Shown piece by piece: positions 23,928 through 36,786 of a stretch of DNA of 64,000 nt. Where the stretch lies: the NCBI RefSeq assembly GCF_006345805.1, contig NC_043018.1:5518001-5582000 (forward strand), read 5' to 3'. The position numbers and the translations under genes are program-made. Source of the DNA: Octopus sinensis (Eukaryota). The first letter of the stretch is position 1. Every line of letters begins with the position of its first letter. Below the pieces are notes generated by a model. That model was given only the letters and a program-made list of their open reading frames with translations. It was not told the DNA's origin and searched no databases.

Positions 23928-24274
23928 TCCTTTTCCAGGTATTTCATCTTTCAGATGTTCTCCCTGGAGGTAAGACAATTTTTTCTAGTTTGTTGCACAC
24001 ATGCATTTTTGCTACTACATACGCGGTGAAGCTATACATTAGCGTCGTATTGTTACGTTCGCTATTTCCAGTAAATATCGGTACTTCGTTGTGCCATATA
24101 TTTACTCTTTGTATATTTTTCCCTCACGGGCTATTCTTTACTGGAAAGCAATACTCTAGTATTGCATTACTAATTTATTGAAACTTCTTCACCGTTCTCG
24201 TGCTGTTAGCGTTTCGGCGTTTCAGTCGAGTGTAATGACATTAATGTAGTAACATCTGAAATTTTGACGTGGTA

Positions 24275-24356
24275 TATCTTTGGCTGATGAAGATAGATCA
24301 ATTTATGGGTGCAGTCATATCTTGAAAAATCTGAAACCTGCGCAGGTCCCACATTA
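24275..24356 (+). ncRNA. Type I hammerhead ribozyme motif, tandem copy 2
   Basis: Same core: CTGATGA 24284-90, GUC 24346-48, stem I TGG/CCA. Confidence 0.78.
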
Positions 24357-24538
24357 TCCTTTTCCAGGTATTTCATCTTTCAGATGTTCTCCCTGGAGGT
24401 AAGACAATTTTTTCTAGTTTGTTGCACACACGCATTTTTGCTAGTACATACACGGTGAAGCTATACATTAGCGTCGTATTGTTACGTTCGCTATTTCCAG
24501 TAAATATCGGTACTTCGTTGTGCCATATATTTACCCTT

Positions 24539-24582
<44 letters not shown>

Positions 24583-25237
24583 CATATATATGTATGTATG
24601 TATGTACATCTGTGTGTGTGTCTTTGTGTCTGTGTTAGTTCCACCACCATTGCTTGACTGCCGATGTTGGTGTGTTTATGTCTGTGTAACCTAGTGGTTT
24701 GGCAAAAGAGACCGATGTAATAAGTACTGGGCTTACAAAAAATAAGTCTTAGGGTTGATTTGTTTGACTAAAACCTTTCAAGGCGGTGCTCCAGCTTGGT
24801 CGCAGTCAAATGACTGAAACATGTAAAAGAGTAAAAGAATAAAAAATAAACCATAAATAAAAAACAAAAACATGATTGAGAAAACCAAAAGACAAAAATA
24901 TTACAGCAGGTTATAAGGTGTGCTTTGATCAGAACATTGCCATTTAATTAATTGGATTTCGGAATAGCTATCATGGATACAATGGAATTTCTTGGTTCTT
25001 TTTGGAATTTTCCAATATTTTATTGTATCCCACATTTCAAGTAAAAAAAAAAAAACACTTGAAAATTGCTTAAAAGAAAATACTTTTTCAAAATCCGTGT
25101 TAGGATCTCTATATAAATGTGTCTGGGCTCTGACTTTGCTCCCTCATAAAATTTAGAAAAATTGTTATTTTTAAATGAAATTTTCTTGAAATAGTTTTGA
25201 GATGTTGTAAATTAACACTTGTATTGGAATGTAGTGA

Positions 25238-25269
<32 letters not shown>

Positions 25270-26256
25270 AAACTGGTAGGCGCACATATATACACACCGA
25301 CTGACATCTCATTTTTCTCAAAATATTAAATTTCACTTTGTAGATATATATTTTGGTATGTATGTATACGTGTACAACAATTTATTATTTTTTATAATTA
25401 AAATAATTTTTTACAGTAAATTTCTATATAGTCGTAATCTACACCGTCTGAAAGCTATTCGAAGAAAATCTCTTTAAAAAAATACCCATTTTTTCAGAAT
25501 GTTATGAGGAAACAAAGTCGTGGGAGGGCACACTTCTGTGGATGTGCCTCCATGCTTTTTAAATATCTCACACGCCCCGATCGTACCTTCGCGATAGCTT
25601 CCACGATTAAAACGAATTTATTCTTTCGTCATTTTATTCGAGATAGCTATTCCCCAAAGTCCACCAAATTATTTTGCTACAAAAGGTTCATCTTCATTGT
25701 TTTGCGTTTTTTGTGTTATTTATTTCGTCTAACGTTTATTTTACTCAGGTTACAAGGACCTACGTCCTCCGTATCGAGTCACCATCTTTTCTTAGTCATG
25801 TTTTAATTTCGTTCTTCTAGAATTTCAACAAAAAGTTCCTTTTTAACCTATTGCAGCTATACTCGGCGGTAAATCCACCTGTGGCCACCACTAATAATTT
25901 CTTTGCGTTAATGATCATATCTTCTATCTTTTGCTTGTTTCAGTCTTTTGACTGCGACCATGCTCGGGTACCTCCTCGGAAGGTTTAGTCGCATAAATCG
26001 ATTCCAGTACTTATTTGTAAGCTTGGTGCTAATTCTATCGGTCACATTTTGCCGAAACCGCTATGGCATAGGGACGTAAACAAATAAACACCGGTTGCCA
26101 AGTGGTAGTCACAAACACACCTGGACTCCTAGTTTCCGTCTACGAAATCCGCTCACAATGCTTTGGTCGGTCCAGAGCTGTAATGGAAGACTTGGCCAGG
26201 GTGTTGTGCAAAGGGTCTGAACCCAAAACAATATGGTGAGGAAGCATTCTTATTTC

Positions 26257-28179
26257 GGTTAATATAGGGCGTAACAAATATCAGAAAATCAAAAAAAAAA
26301 TGTGTGTAATAGGTGTAAAACAACTTCCTGTGAACGAATATGAAAAAAAAAATTCGCGCACGCGAAAGGGGGGTGGGGGAGAGGCCTCGGAAAATTCACA
26401 TCGGGAAGTTCCGAAAGCGTCTGAGGGGCTGACCCGGGCACCAAAACAAAAACAAAAATAGTGTAATATGTGTAAAACAACTTGCTCTAAACGAATATGA
26501 AAAAAAAAATGCGCTCTCGAGAAAGAGGGGTGGGGGAGAGGCCTCGGAATATTTATATCGGGAATTTCCGAAAGCGTCTGAACCGGGCACAAAAACAAAA
26601 ACAAAAACAGCGTAATAGGTGTAAAACAACTTGCTCTAAACGACTATCATGAAAAAAATGCGCGCTCGCGAAAGGGGGGTGGGGGAGAGGCTTCGGAAAT
26701 TTCACATCTTCAGCCACGGCCTTTAAACTAAGAAAAAATAGTGTAATTGGTGTAAAACTACTTGTTCTAAACGAGTATCAAGAACACACACTCACACATG
26801 AATCATAAACTCCGTATTCGCAAAAAAAAAAATAAAGAGAAGAAATTCTGGAAAAAGTGAAGAAATGTTGGATCTCCGCCATGTGAATCAAAATACGTGT
26901 CAGAAACATCTTGAAATACTACAGAAATTATGTTACGAAAATGATAATGTATACATACCTCTTTGAGTGGTCCATCGATAATGATGATAAAGAAATGAGT
27001 TGGATTTGAACTCAGAATATTGACTAACACAACTACATACTACAAGACTCAAAATATTCAGCCAAGTCACCACCCTTTAACTAGCAATAATAATAACATC
27101 AATAACATAACAGCCAAAAGATTTATTTGTTCTGAAAATAACAATCATAGTAAATAAATATGTTCTTTAATATTCACATTCATGTGCACAGTTAAACACA
27201 CTTACATACAAACAGTCACGCATGCATAATACAGAACGGAACACATAAATGAAGGATGCATTACTTAGTATATATTACATCTAGAGAATTTTGATTAATA
27301 AGTCAAATATGCAAATTATAAAGATAATTAATTGCTTTACTAAACAGTGTTGTAAAGGTGAAAGAATAAATTTGGGAAAAAAATACACGCCAAAACTAAT
27401 TAATAAAGGATAATTAGGGAAGGATTGACACAAAATAATAATTTTTTCTGTCTCTTTTTTTCTGATAAATGCATCTTAATAAGTGAGAAGAATTGCATAT
27501 ATCTGAACTATTTCAAAGAAAAGCATAAATTTAATGTTTAAAATAGCTTTAACCAAGGAATGAGATCCAACATTTCTTCACTTTTTCCAGAATTCTTCTC
27601 TTTATTTTTTTTTTTTGCGAAATACGGAGTTTATGATTCATGTGTGAGTGTGTGTTCTTGATACTCGTTTAGAACAAGTAGTTTTACACCAATTACACTA
27701 TTTTTTCTTAGTTTAAAGGCCGTGGACTGAAGATGTGAAATTTCCGAAGCCTCTCCCCCCCCCCCTTTCGCGAGCGCGCATTTTTTTTATGATAGTCGTT
27801 TAGAGCAAGTTGTTTTACACCTATTACGCTGTTTTTGTTTTTGTTTTTGTGCCCGGTTCAGACGCTTTCGGAAATTCCCGATATAAATATTCCGAGGCCT
27901 CTCCCCCACCCCTCTTTCTCGAGAGCGCATTTTTTTTTTCATATTCGTTTAGAGCAAGTTGTTTTACACATATTACACTATTTTTTTTTGTTTTGGTGCC
28001 CGGGTCAGCCCCTCAGACGCTTTCGGAACTTCCCGATGTGAATTTTCCGAGGCCTCTCCCCCACCCCCCTTTCGCGTGCGCGAATTTTTTTTTCATATTC
28101 GTTCATAGGAAGTTGTTTTACACCTATTACACACATTTTTTTTTTGATTTTCTGATATTTGTTACGCCCTATATTAACC
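26257..28179. mobile_element. Foldback-type non-autonomous DNA element with ~620-bp TIRs and an 8-bp TSD (CTTATTTC)
   Basis: Arms 26257-26876 and 27562-28179 are near-identical inverted repeats with internal ~130-140-bp subrepeats. Termini GGTT...AACC. CTTATTTC at 26249-56 and 28180-87. Confidence 0.88.
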
Positions 28180-28180
28180 C

Positions 28181-28600
28181 TTATTTCTTTATTGCCCACA
28201 GGGGGCTAAACACAGACGGGACAAACAAGGACAGACAAACGGATTAAGTCGATTATATCGACCTCAGTGCATAACTGGTACTTATTTAATCGACCCCGAA
28301 AGGATTAAAGGCAAAGTCGACCTCGGCGGAATTTGAACTCAGAACATAACGACAGACGAAATACTTATTTCTTTATTGCCCACAAGAGGCTAAACACAGA
28401 GAGGACAAACAGGGACAGACAAATGGATTAAGTCGATTATATCGACCCCAGTACGTAACTGGTACTTATTTAATCGACCCTGAAAGGATGAAAGGCAAAG
28501 TAGACCTCGGCGGAATTTGAACTCAGAACGTAGCAACAGACGAAATACAGCTAAGCATTTCGCCCGGTGTGCTAACGTTTCTGCCAGCTCGCCGCATTGG
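28181..28600 (+). mobile_element. Two tandem copies of a SINE-like repeat with an L2/MIR-like tail
   Basis: ATCGACCCCGAAAGGATGAAAGGCAAAGTCGACCTCGGCGGAATTTGAACTC; other copies at about 15080-15315, 16470-16650, 22420-22710 and 63810-64000. Confidence 0.75.
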
Positions 28601-28696
28601 TGAAGCGGCATTCTGCTTATCACACAGCCAAGCTTGGGAAAACACATCAATATTATTTCATGCGACAAGTTTTAAAAGGAGAAACTTTTTTTTAAG

Positions 28697-28746
<50 letters not shown>

Positions 28747-29327
28747 TGCATTTTGTGAACAGTAAATATCTTAGGCGATATATTCTATATTCTAACGGAG
28801 TCAAATAACCGTAACGATACAATTGAGAGGAGAGAAGTCAGCCTTCCGTTACATAACGGTTCACTAAATTTCTGAAAGATTACCCGTGCAAACTCGGGTG
28901 GAACGAATATTTCGAGACATGTGTATATTCTTTGGTGGTGGTCTTCGAAGAATAAAAAGACATTTATTTGAAGATACGGCGTGTTAAGATCGCCTCAGAA
29001 TCGACGTGGAACAAAGAAACCTTCAAACCACATAAGCATGATAAAATTTGTAATTCAAGTATTTCTGTATTAAGACAACCATTATTTTATATCTGTGTGT
29101 GTAAGTATGCAATAAAATAAACAACCAAGCGCACCGACAAAACGAAAACAAAATTCTTACCCGAGACAGAAGCAATAAAAACAATGACAAAAAGATGATT
29201 CAAATGTGATGAAAATTATATTAGAGTAATCTCCCTTGTTTTAATATGCTGCGCGCGTGTGTGTATGTAAACATACATAATATATATTTATGTGTGTGTG
29301 TGTGTATGTAATATATATAATACATAA

Positions 29328-29398
<71 letters not shown>

Positions 29399-29433
29399 TA
29401 GATACACGTACACATGCACAGAGTGAAAGGTCA

Positions 29434-29473
<40 letters not shown>

Positions 29474-29539
29474 CATACATACACACACACGCACACACAC
29501 ACACACACACACAACACACACATATAGACATATATATAT

Positions 29540-29570
<31 letters not shown>

Positions 29571-29578
29571 ACACACAC

Positions 29579-29632
<54 letters not shown>

Positions 29633-30069
29633 GTACTTTGACCTTTCACTCTGTGCATGTGTGCGTGTGTTGTACATTCGTATGTGTGTGAGTGGGGCTT
29701 TAAAAAATTATTAAAACAACAGCAAAACTTATCTTACACCAGATAGACAAGAAGGCAAAGATTTGACCTTTACCCCTGCATATTTTATCTCATACACGCC
29801 CGCCCCGGGTAACATCATTTCGATAGGTTGAAAGGCTTTCATGACCTGTCGTATGCATCATTCAAGTACTTGCTTATTTGATTTAATTTTTAATTTTTTT
29901 TTTTAAAGTCTGATATTTATTAGTCGCTTTTAGCGAACCGCTAAGATACGGGGATGTAAACAAAACAACACCGGTTATCGAGTGACTAGGGCGGAGGCAC
30001 ACACGCACACGCCTACGCACGCATGGGCGCGCGCGCACACACACATCATCATCATCACCATCATCATCG

Positions 30070-30100
<31 letters not shown>

Positions 30101-30605
30101 TTTCGTCCATTATTTTACAACGGTTCTCGCCGGACAAATTGCTTAGCGGTATTTCGTCTGTCTAAGTTCAAATTCTGCCGGGGTCAACTTTGCTTTTCAT
30201 CTTTTCGCTTTTCAAAAAATAAGTACCAGTTGAGTAATGGGGTCTATGTAATTGACTTTCTCCCAGCCCCGAAATTGCTGGCCTTGTGCTAAAATTTGAA
30301 ATCATTATTTTACGACAGTTTTATTGGACCCGATGGGTCCGAAGACTGCACCACGCTCCAGTGTCTGCTTTGGCATGGTTTCTACGACTGGAGCCCTTCC
30401 TGGCGTCAACACCCTTACAGTCTGTACTGGTTGCCTTCTTTTCCCATGCCCTCTGCACCACTGATGTTGCCATAAAGTTCGCAAGTCTGCAAAATCAGAG
30501 GAAAGGAGGGGAGTCTTTATGCTTGATGGGGGTTAAGGGATGAGAGAAGAGGGAGAGGTAGAGCAGGCATTGCTGTAGGGGAGCTACAAATAAGGCATAG
30601 CGAAG

Positions 30606-31201
30606 TGGAGAATTGGAGTTGGGAGGAGGACATCACGGCTCAGTTCACCCACCGGACGCCTACATGCATGGCCAAACCACCGCAAGCGCCGTTGTAGAAG
30701 GACAGATGGAAGGGGCCGCAGAGACAGGCGAAGTCGGAGATTGGTGGTGGGAAGTCGATCCACCCGACGGCAGCGAAGAATGCACCGGAGGCAGTCATTG
30801 TCGAAGACTTCCAGCCTTCGTTGATCGACCACCCGCATAGGCCACGTTTCACAGCCATAAAGAAATACTGTACGAATGACGGCTTGATTCGCCCTTTGGT
30901 CACCGATGAGATCTCCCTTCGGTCCCACAGACCCAACTCCAACTCCACTTCCCAACTGGCGGAAACACGCGGGCGGGCAGCTGAAGACCTGGGCTACGAC
31001 GATCAAGGAGTACCTCTCCGTGCTCACGGGTCCGCAGGTGGTCGGCCTGCGCCGATGGAACCGTGACTGACTCGCTATCTCCAGTGAACTGGCGCAGGAC
31101 CGTCGTGCGTGGGCTGCCATGTTCGAGATGCTTCGAGGGTGCTAGAAGAAGCCGACTCAACCCGCCCAGGGTGAATGTCGCCACAGGTGCAAGTAAGTGT
31201 A
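30606..31201 (+). mobile_element. 5'-truncated RTE-clade LINE with an inverted 5' segment; 10-bp TSD CATAGCGAAG
   Basis: Minus strand 30607-30880 encodes FLYGCETW...QRRLRWFGH...DVLLPTP. Plus strand from about 30932 continues PTPLPNWRK..GGQLKTW...LAQDRRAW, then a CAAGTAAGT tail. TSD at 30596-605 and 31202-211. Confidence 0.88.
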
Positions 31202-32036
31202 CATAGCGAAGGGAAGTAACCCTGAAGTGATTAGAAAGCAACAGATCTATAATGAATCCGTCAACACTAGTAACGGATTTGTGCTGTATTGTCCTATTAT
31301 ATGACAAGTGTCTGGGTTGACTGTTAGCTCCTGAGTGAATTTCATTGATAGAAACTGTGAGATTATGTTGAAACCAGAAGCATATATATAAGTTCTGCAA
31401 AATTTAGATTCAAATGAATATGGTACTTAAGTTAGATGCACCAGAATTTTGTATGGTGTTATCCATGGGGTGATTAAAATCAAAATAAGCAACAAGAATA
31501 TCTTCGGTAATTTGGTACGATCGTTTCACGCTACATCATTTTATGAAACATTGTAAGTATTACAACAGTTTTAAAATGTTGAGCAATCATCAGCCATTTA
31601 TAGAGGTTTTCCATTAATACATATTTTCATATTTGGATATATATATATATATATATGCAATCCAAGGTTAGTCATGACTGAAGGGGGTCTCAGCTCATGT
31701 ATGTATATGTATATATATATGGTGGGCTTCTTTCAGTTTTCATCTACCAAACCCACTCAGAAGGCCTTGGTTGGCCAAAGGCTATAGTAGAAGACACCAG
31801 TCCAAGGTACTCCACTGTGGGAGCGAACCCAGAACCACATGGTTGGGAAGCAAACTGTTTACCACACAGCCATATCTGCCCCTATATTCAAGCACACACA
31901 CACACACATGCACGCGCGTGTACATACATACATACATACATACATATGAATGTGTGTATATATATATAAGCAAAGCAGCCTGTGGTAAAATCTCAAGAAG
32001 AGATCAGAGTAATAACTAACAAGTAAAGTCAATTGC

Positions 32037-32488
32037 CTACTAGTTTAACCCCAGGCAGATCTTCCGCCAGCTGGTTATTGGTGCAATGTTGCACCCTTTA
32101 TATACAATATATATTGCTAGCAGGGGCAGTGAACTGCTATCACTCTCTAGAAGGTAACAGGATTATGAGTTAGTGTAGTTACTGCTCTGATCTCTTCTTG
32201 AAATTTTACAACTAGCTATTTTGCTTGTTACAAATCAGTGACCAATGGTCACTTTGTTTACAGTATATTGCTGGCTGGAGCAGAACCTGGCTATCTCTCC
32301 AGGGGCTAGGTACTCGTGATTGAGGATGAGCCAAGCAGCTCAAAACTGAGTCAGTTTCATGATCTTGTTGCCTGCTAGAGGGTGGTAGGGGTTCACTGCC
32401 CCTGCTAACAATATATATTGTATATAAAGGATGCAGAGTTGCACCAATAACCAGTTGGTGGAGAATCTACCTGGGGTTAAACTAGTAG
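32037..32488. mobile_element. MITE with ~140-bp imperfect TIRs
   Basis: CTACTAGTTTAACCCCAGG...CCTGGGGTTAAACTAGTAG. Confidence 0.75.
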
Positions 32489-32551
32489 TAACATGGAATA
32501 GCCACTTTGACATGGCAATTGACTTTACTTGTTTATATATGTATATATGTA

Positions 32552-32638
<87 letters not shown>

Positions 32639-33121
32639 ATATATATAAATGGCGGTGCCCCAGCATGGCCACAGCCCATGAGCTGAAACTAGAATCAATC
32701 AATCAATCATATATATCATCGTCATTATCATCATCATCGTTTAACATCTGTTTTCCATGCTAGCATTGGTTGGACGGTTCAACCGGGGTCTGGGAAGCCG
32801 CCAGTGAGGCTGCACCAGGCTCCAGTCTGATCTTGCAATGTTTCTACAGCTGGATGCCCTTCCTAATGCCAACCACTCCATGAGTGTAGTGAATGCTTTT
32901 TACGTGTCACCACCACGGGGGCCAGAGGAGGCTAGCAACAGCCACGATCGGTTGGTGCTTTTTACATGCCACTGATACAGAAGCCAGTCAAGGCATCACT
33001 GGCATTGGCCATGTTCGGATTGTGCTTTTTACATGCCACCAGCACGGGTAACACAACTACAATTTCCATTTGGTTTTTCATTTTGATGTTAATGTACTTG
33101 ACTCAATAGGTCTCCTGAAGC

Positions 33122-33176
<55 letters not shown>

Positions 33177-33363
33177 ATATATATATAATATATATGTATA
33201 TATATACATATATATATATAATATATATAAAGATATATACATATATATATATATATAGATATATATAAAGATATATAATATATATATAATATATATATAT
33301 ATAATATATATATATATATAACATATATATAAGATATATGTATATATAAAGATATATATATAA

Positions 33364-33454
<91 letters not shown>

Positions 33455-33566
33455 ATATATATATATATATATATTTCAACAATTGAGGGTAAAATTAATT
33501 AATTATTAATCAATTTCACCAAGTATTCAGTATGTAAGGGACCATTTTAGGCGAATTCAAAATATT

Positions 33567-33970
33567 ACATTATATATAAGGGCTTAGTAAAATAAATTAC
33601 TTTGCCACATACTGAACTCATTAGAAATAGCAGCTAAAGAAATTTCTTTAGCTATTTCTAATACTTAAAGAAGATCTCTCTCAGATAGTGTTTGCCTAAA
33701 CCAACTCACAAAGGTATGGGGGAAAAACATTAAACATTAAAAAATCAAGTGCAAAGGTTATTTGAGAACGTACGTTCTCAAATAACCTTTGCACTTGATT
33801 TTTTAATGTTTTTTCCCCCATACTTTTGTGAGTTAGTTTAGGCAAACACTATCTGAGAGAGATCTTCTTTAAGTATTAGAAATAGCTAAAGAAATTTCTT
33901 TAGCTGCTATTTCTAATGAGTTCAGTATGTGGCAAAGTAATTTATTTTACTAAGCCCTTATATATAATGT
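33567..33970. repeat. Spacerless ~400-bp palindrome centred on GAGAACGTACGTTCTC
   Basis: Arms of about 200 bp are reverse complements apart from a short indel and about 2 substitutions. Confidence 0.93.
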
Positions 33971-34036
33971 TATATATATATATATATAACATATATATAA
34001 AGATATATGTATATATAAAGATATATGTATATATAA

Positions 34037-34085
<49 letters not shown>

Positions 34086-34453
34086 ATATATACACATCTA
34101 CTTTCTCATGCCTGCATGGGTCCATGTGTCGTGCAGGATTTTGCTGAAATGTATTTTCTATGACTGGATGCTCTTCCTGTCACAAACCCTCACTTGTTTC
34201 CAGGAAAGGTAATGTTTCCTCATGAGCAGATACATTTTTCATAGAACATTGGAAACGAAGGACATTTACTTGTATGGTGCTGACACTTATTTACTTAATC
34301 AATTATAACAATGAAGAAAAAAGAAACTAGAGATTGTTCAAATCTAGTTTATTATTTTTGATGAAACCAGTTTGTTCAATTAAAACAAGAAGATAAAGAG
34401 TACCAAGGGTACAATGCTGATAACCTGATAACTATTAAAAAAATGTATATACA

Positions 34454-34659
34454 CACAGGCTGACCCCAAAGTAGGTTTACAGTTATCACGTAGGCACTTT
34501 AAATTTCTTTTAAACCATTTTATTACATTTAAATTTCTATCTTACAATTAACTAAATTAGCATAGAATAATGGTTTCATATTTTCTTATAATTAATATAT
34601 GTTAATATATGAATGTGAAAGAGACTGTTGAATAACTGTAAACCCACTTTCGGGCCACC

Positions 34660-34664
<5 letters not shown>
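34454..34664. mobile_element. Tc1/mariner-type MITE
   Basis: ~35-bp imperfect TIRs (CACAGG.TG.CCC.AAAGT.GGTTTACAGTTAT) in a TA context; a lone TIR at about 35980-36013. Confidence 0.65.
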
Positions 34665-34699
<35 letters not shown>

Positions 34700-34844
34700 A
34701 AATATTAGGGAATAAATCCAAACTTACAGGGAAAAATCAGATTTAGGATTAAATCCAATTTTATAGTATAAATATATTATATTATATTATATTAAATTAG
34801 AGATAAAACCACTATTAGGCAAATCAAACAATGAAAAACATAAG

Positions 34845-34876
<32 letters not shown>

Positions 34877-35250
34877 CTAGCAGTATCGCCCGGCGTTGCT
34901 CAGGTTTGTAAGGGAAATAACTATAAAGCATTTTTAGAGAGTTATAGCCAAAAAAATAGCAAAAAAATGGGAAAAAATGATGGTAAATTTTTTTTTTTTA
35001 TTAAAAAGGTGGAGTTGCGTCCCCTAGACAGTTTGCAGTTTGTGTTTCTGATTCTCGACCTCATGTCGAATTTATCAATTTTTTTCAGAACTGGGGGAAC
35101 TTTTCAAAATTTTCGCTGCGTTAGTTTTGAATTATGACATTGGGCTATGTGTGTGTCAGTTTCATCAGAATCGGTTGAAAGCCGTGGTCAGGGTGAGGGT
35201 ACAAGCAAACAGACACACAGAAACACGCACAGACAAACTGCCGTTTATAT

Positions 35251-35253
<3 letters not shown>
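34877..35253 (-). mobile_element. Short non-autonomous Helitron
   Basis: TC start, 3' hairpin-like GAGCAACGCCGGGCG followed by CTAG, inserted in a (TA)n run. Confidence 0.8.
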
Positions 35254-35294
<41 letters not shown>

Positions 35295-36499
35295 TTTATA
35301 ATTGGGGTTCAGCAAAGATTTGCTTCAGCACATACCGAAGTTTAGAAATAGCAGTCAAAAACCCTTAGCTATTCCTTCTACTTTAAAAGGGACTCCCAGA
35401 AAAACCAAAGTACTTGAAAACAATCCACGCAGGCAAAAGGAAAAATAACGAAAATCAATCCATATTTGGCACAAAGGCACTTTAAATTTCTTTTAAAACA
35501 TTTTATTACATTTAAATTTCTCTCTTACAATTAACTAAATTAGCATAGCATATTTTTTTTTATAATTAAGATTTAATTAAGATCTAAACTGTTAATGGGA
35601 ATGTTAATTGGTTACGACGATGAGGGTTCCGGTTGATCCGAATCAATGGAACAGCCTGCTCATGAAATTAACGTGTAAGTGGCTGAGCACTCCACAGACA
35701 CGTGCACCCTTAACGTAGTTCTCGGGGATATTCAGCGTGACACAGAGAGTGACAAGGCCGGCCCCTTGAAATACAGTGGTACAACAGGAAGTAAGAGTGA
35801 GAGAAAGTTGTGGTGAAAGAGTACAGCAGGGATCACCACTATCCCCTGCCGGAGCCTCGTGGAGCTTTTAAGTGTTTTCGCTCAATAAACACTCACAACG
35901 CCCGGTCTGGGAATCGAAACTGTGATCCTACGACTGCGAGTCCGCTGCCCTAACCACTGGGCCAAATGCGCCTCCGGTTGAATAACTGTAAACCTACTTT
36001 TGGGCCACCCTGTATATATACTGTTTAATGTACCCAGTTTATAATTATGAGCTCCAAATAGCTTCCAAGTGGAGGTGTGTAGCTTAGTCGTTAGTGTGAT
36101 GAATTTATGATCATAAGATTTGGGTTTCGATTCCTGGACCAGGTGATGTGTTGTGTTCTTGAGCAAAACACTTCATTTCATGTTACTCCACTCCACTCAC
36201 CTGGCACAAATGAGTAAGCCTGAGACAGACAGGTGTCCCATGCAGGTGGGGAATTTATATGCCCAGAAAACCAGGAAACCAGCCCTTATGAGTCAGCGTG
36301 AACCGAAAAGGTAACTTTACCTTGCCTTTACTTTAGTAGTTCCATACATTGAAGTTATTATCTAGGCAGCTTATCTTCAACATATGAAACTATTAGAGGC
36401 TCATAACTATTTCCTGTGTATATTAAACAATGTTTATCTGTCACCAGATGGAGTACGTTTTTTTGTTGATCTTACCTTAATGGGAATGTAAATTATATA

Positions 36500-36538
<39 letters not shown>

Positions 36539-36550
36539 TATATAATATAT

Positions 36551-36639
<89 letters not shown>

Positions 36640-36786
36640 AAATAGAAAGATGAATAATCTTGTAGCAGATTAATCAAAAGTTTAACCGTTACCTTGGTAG
36701 AAAAAATCACAGCAGAAGACAGCACGGTTGGAGGTACAACCATATGGTGTTGCAACCGTGCGTTGGTGCGGATAATTGAATATTAA

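Larger units (their letters stand above)
23766..24540 (+). mobile_element. About 1.8 tandem copies of a 429-bp unit, each carrying a hammerhead ribozyme (retrozyme-like or Penelope pLTR tandem)
   Basis: Direct repeat with a 429-bp offset (23766/24195; 23855/24284); the second copy is truncated at a (TA)n run. Confidence 0.8.

Noticed and set aside
25440-25900. Promoter or first non-coding exon of copy A (also considered at about 29700-29880, which has a GC box)
   Set aside because: Mild CpG enrichment but no strong donor site; cannot be placed without transcript data.
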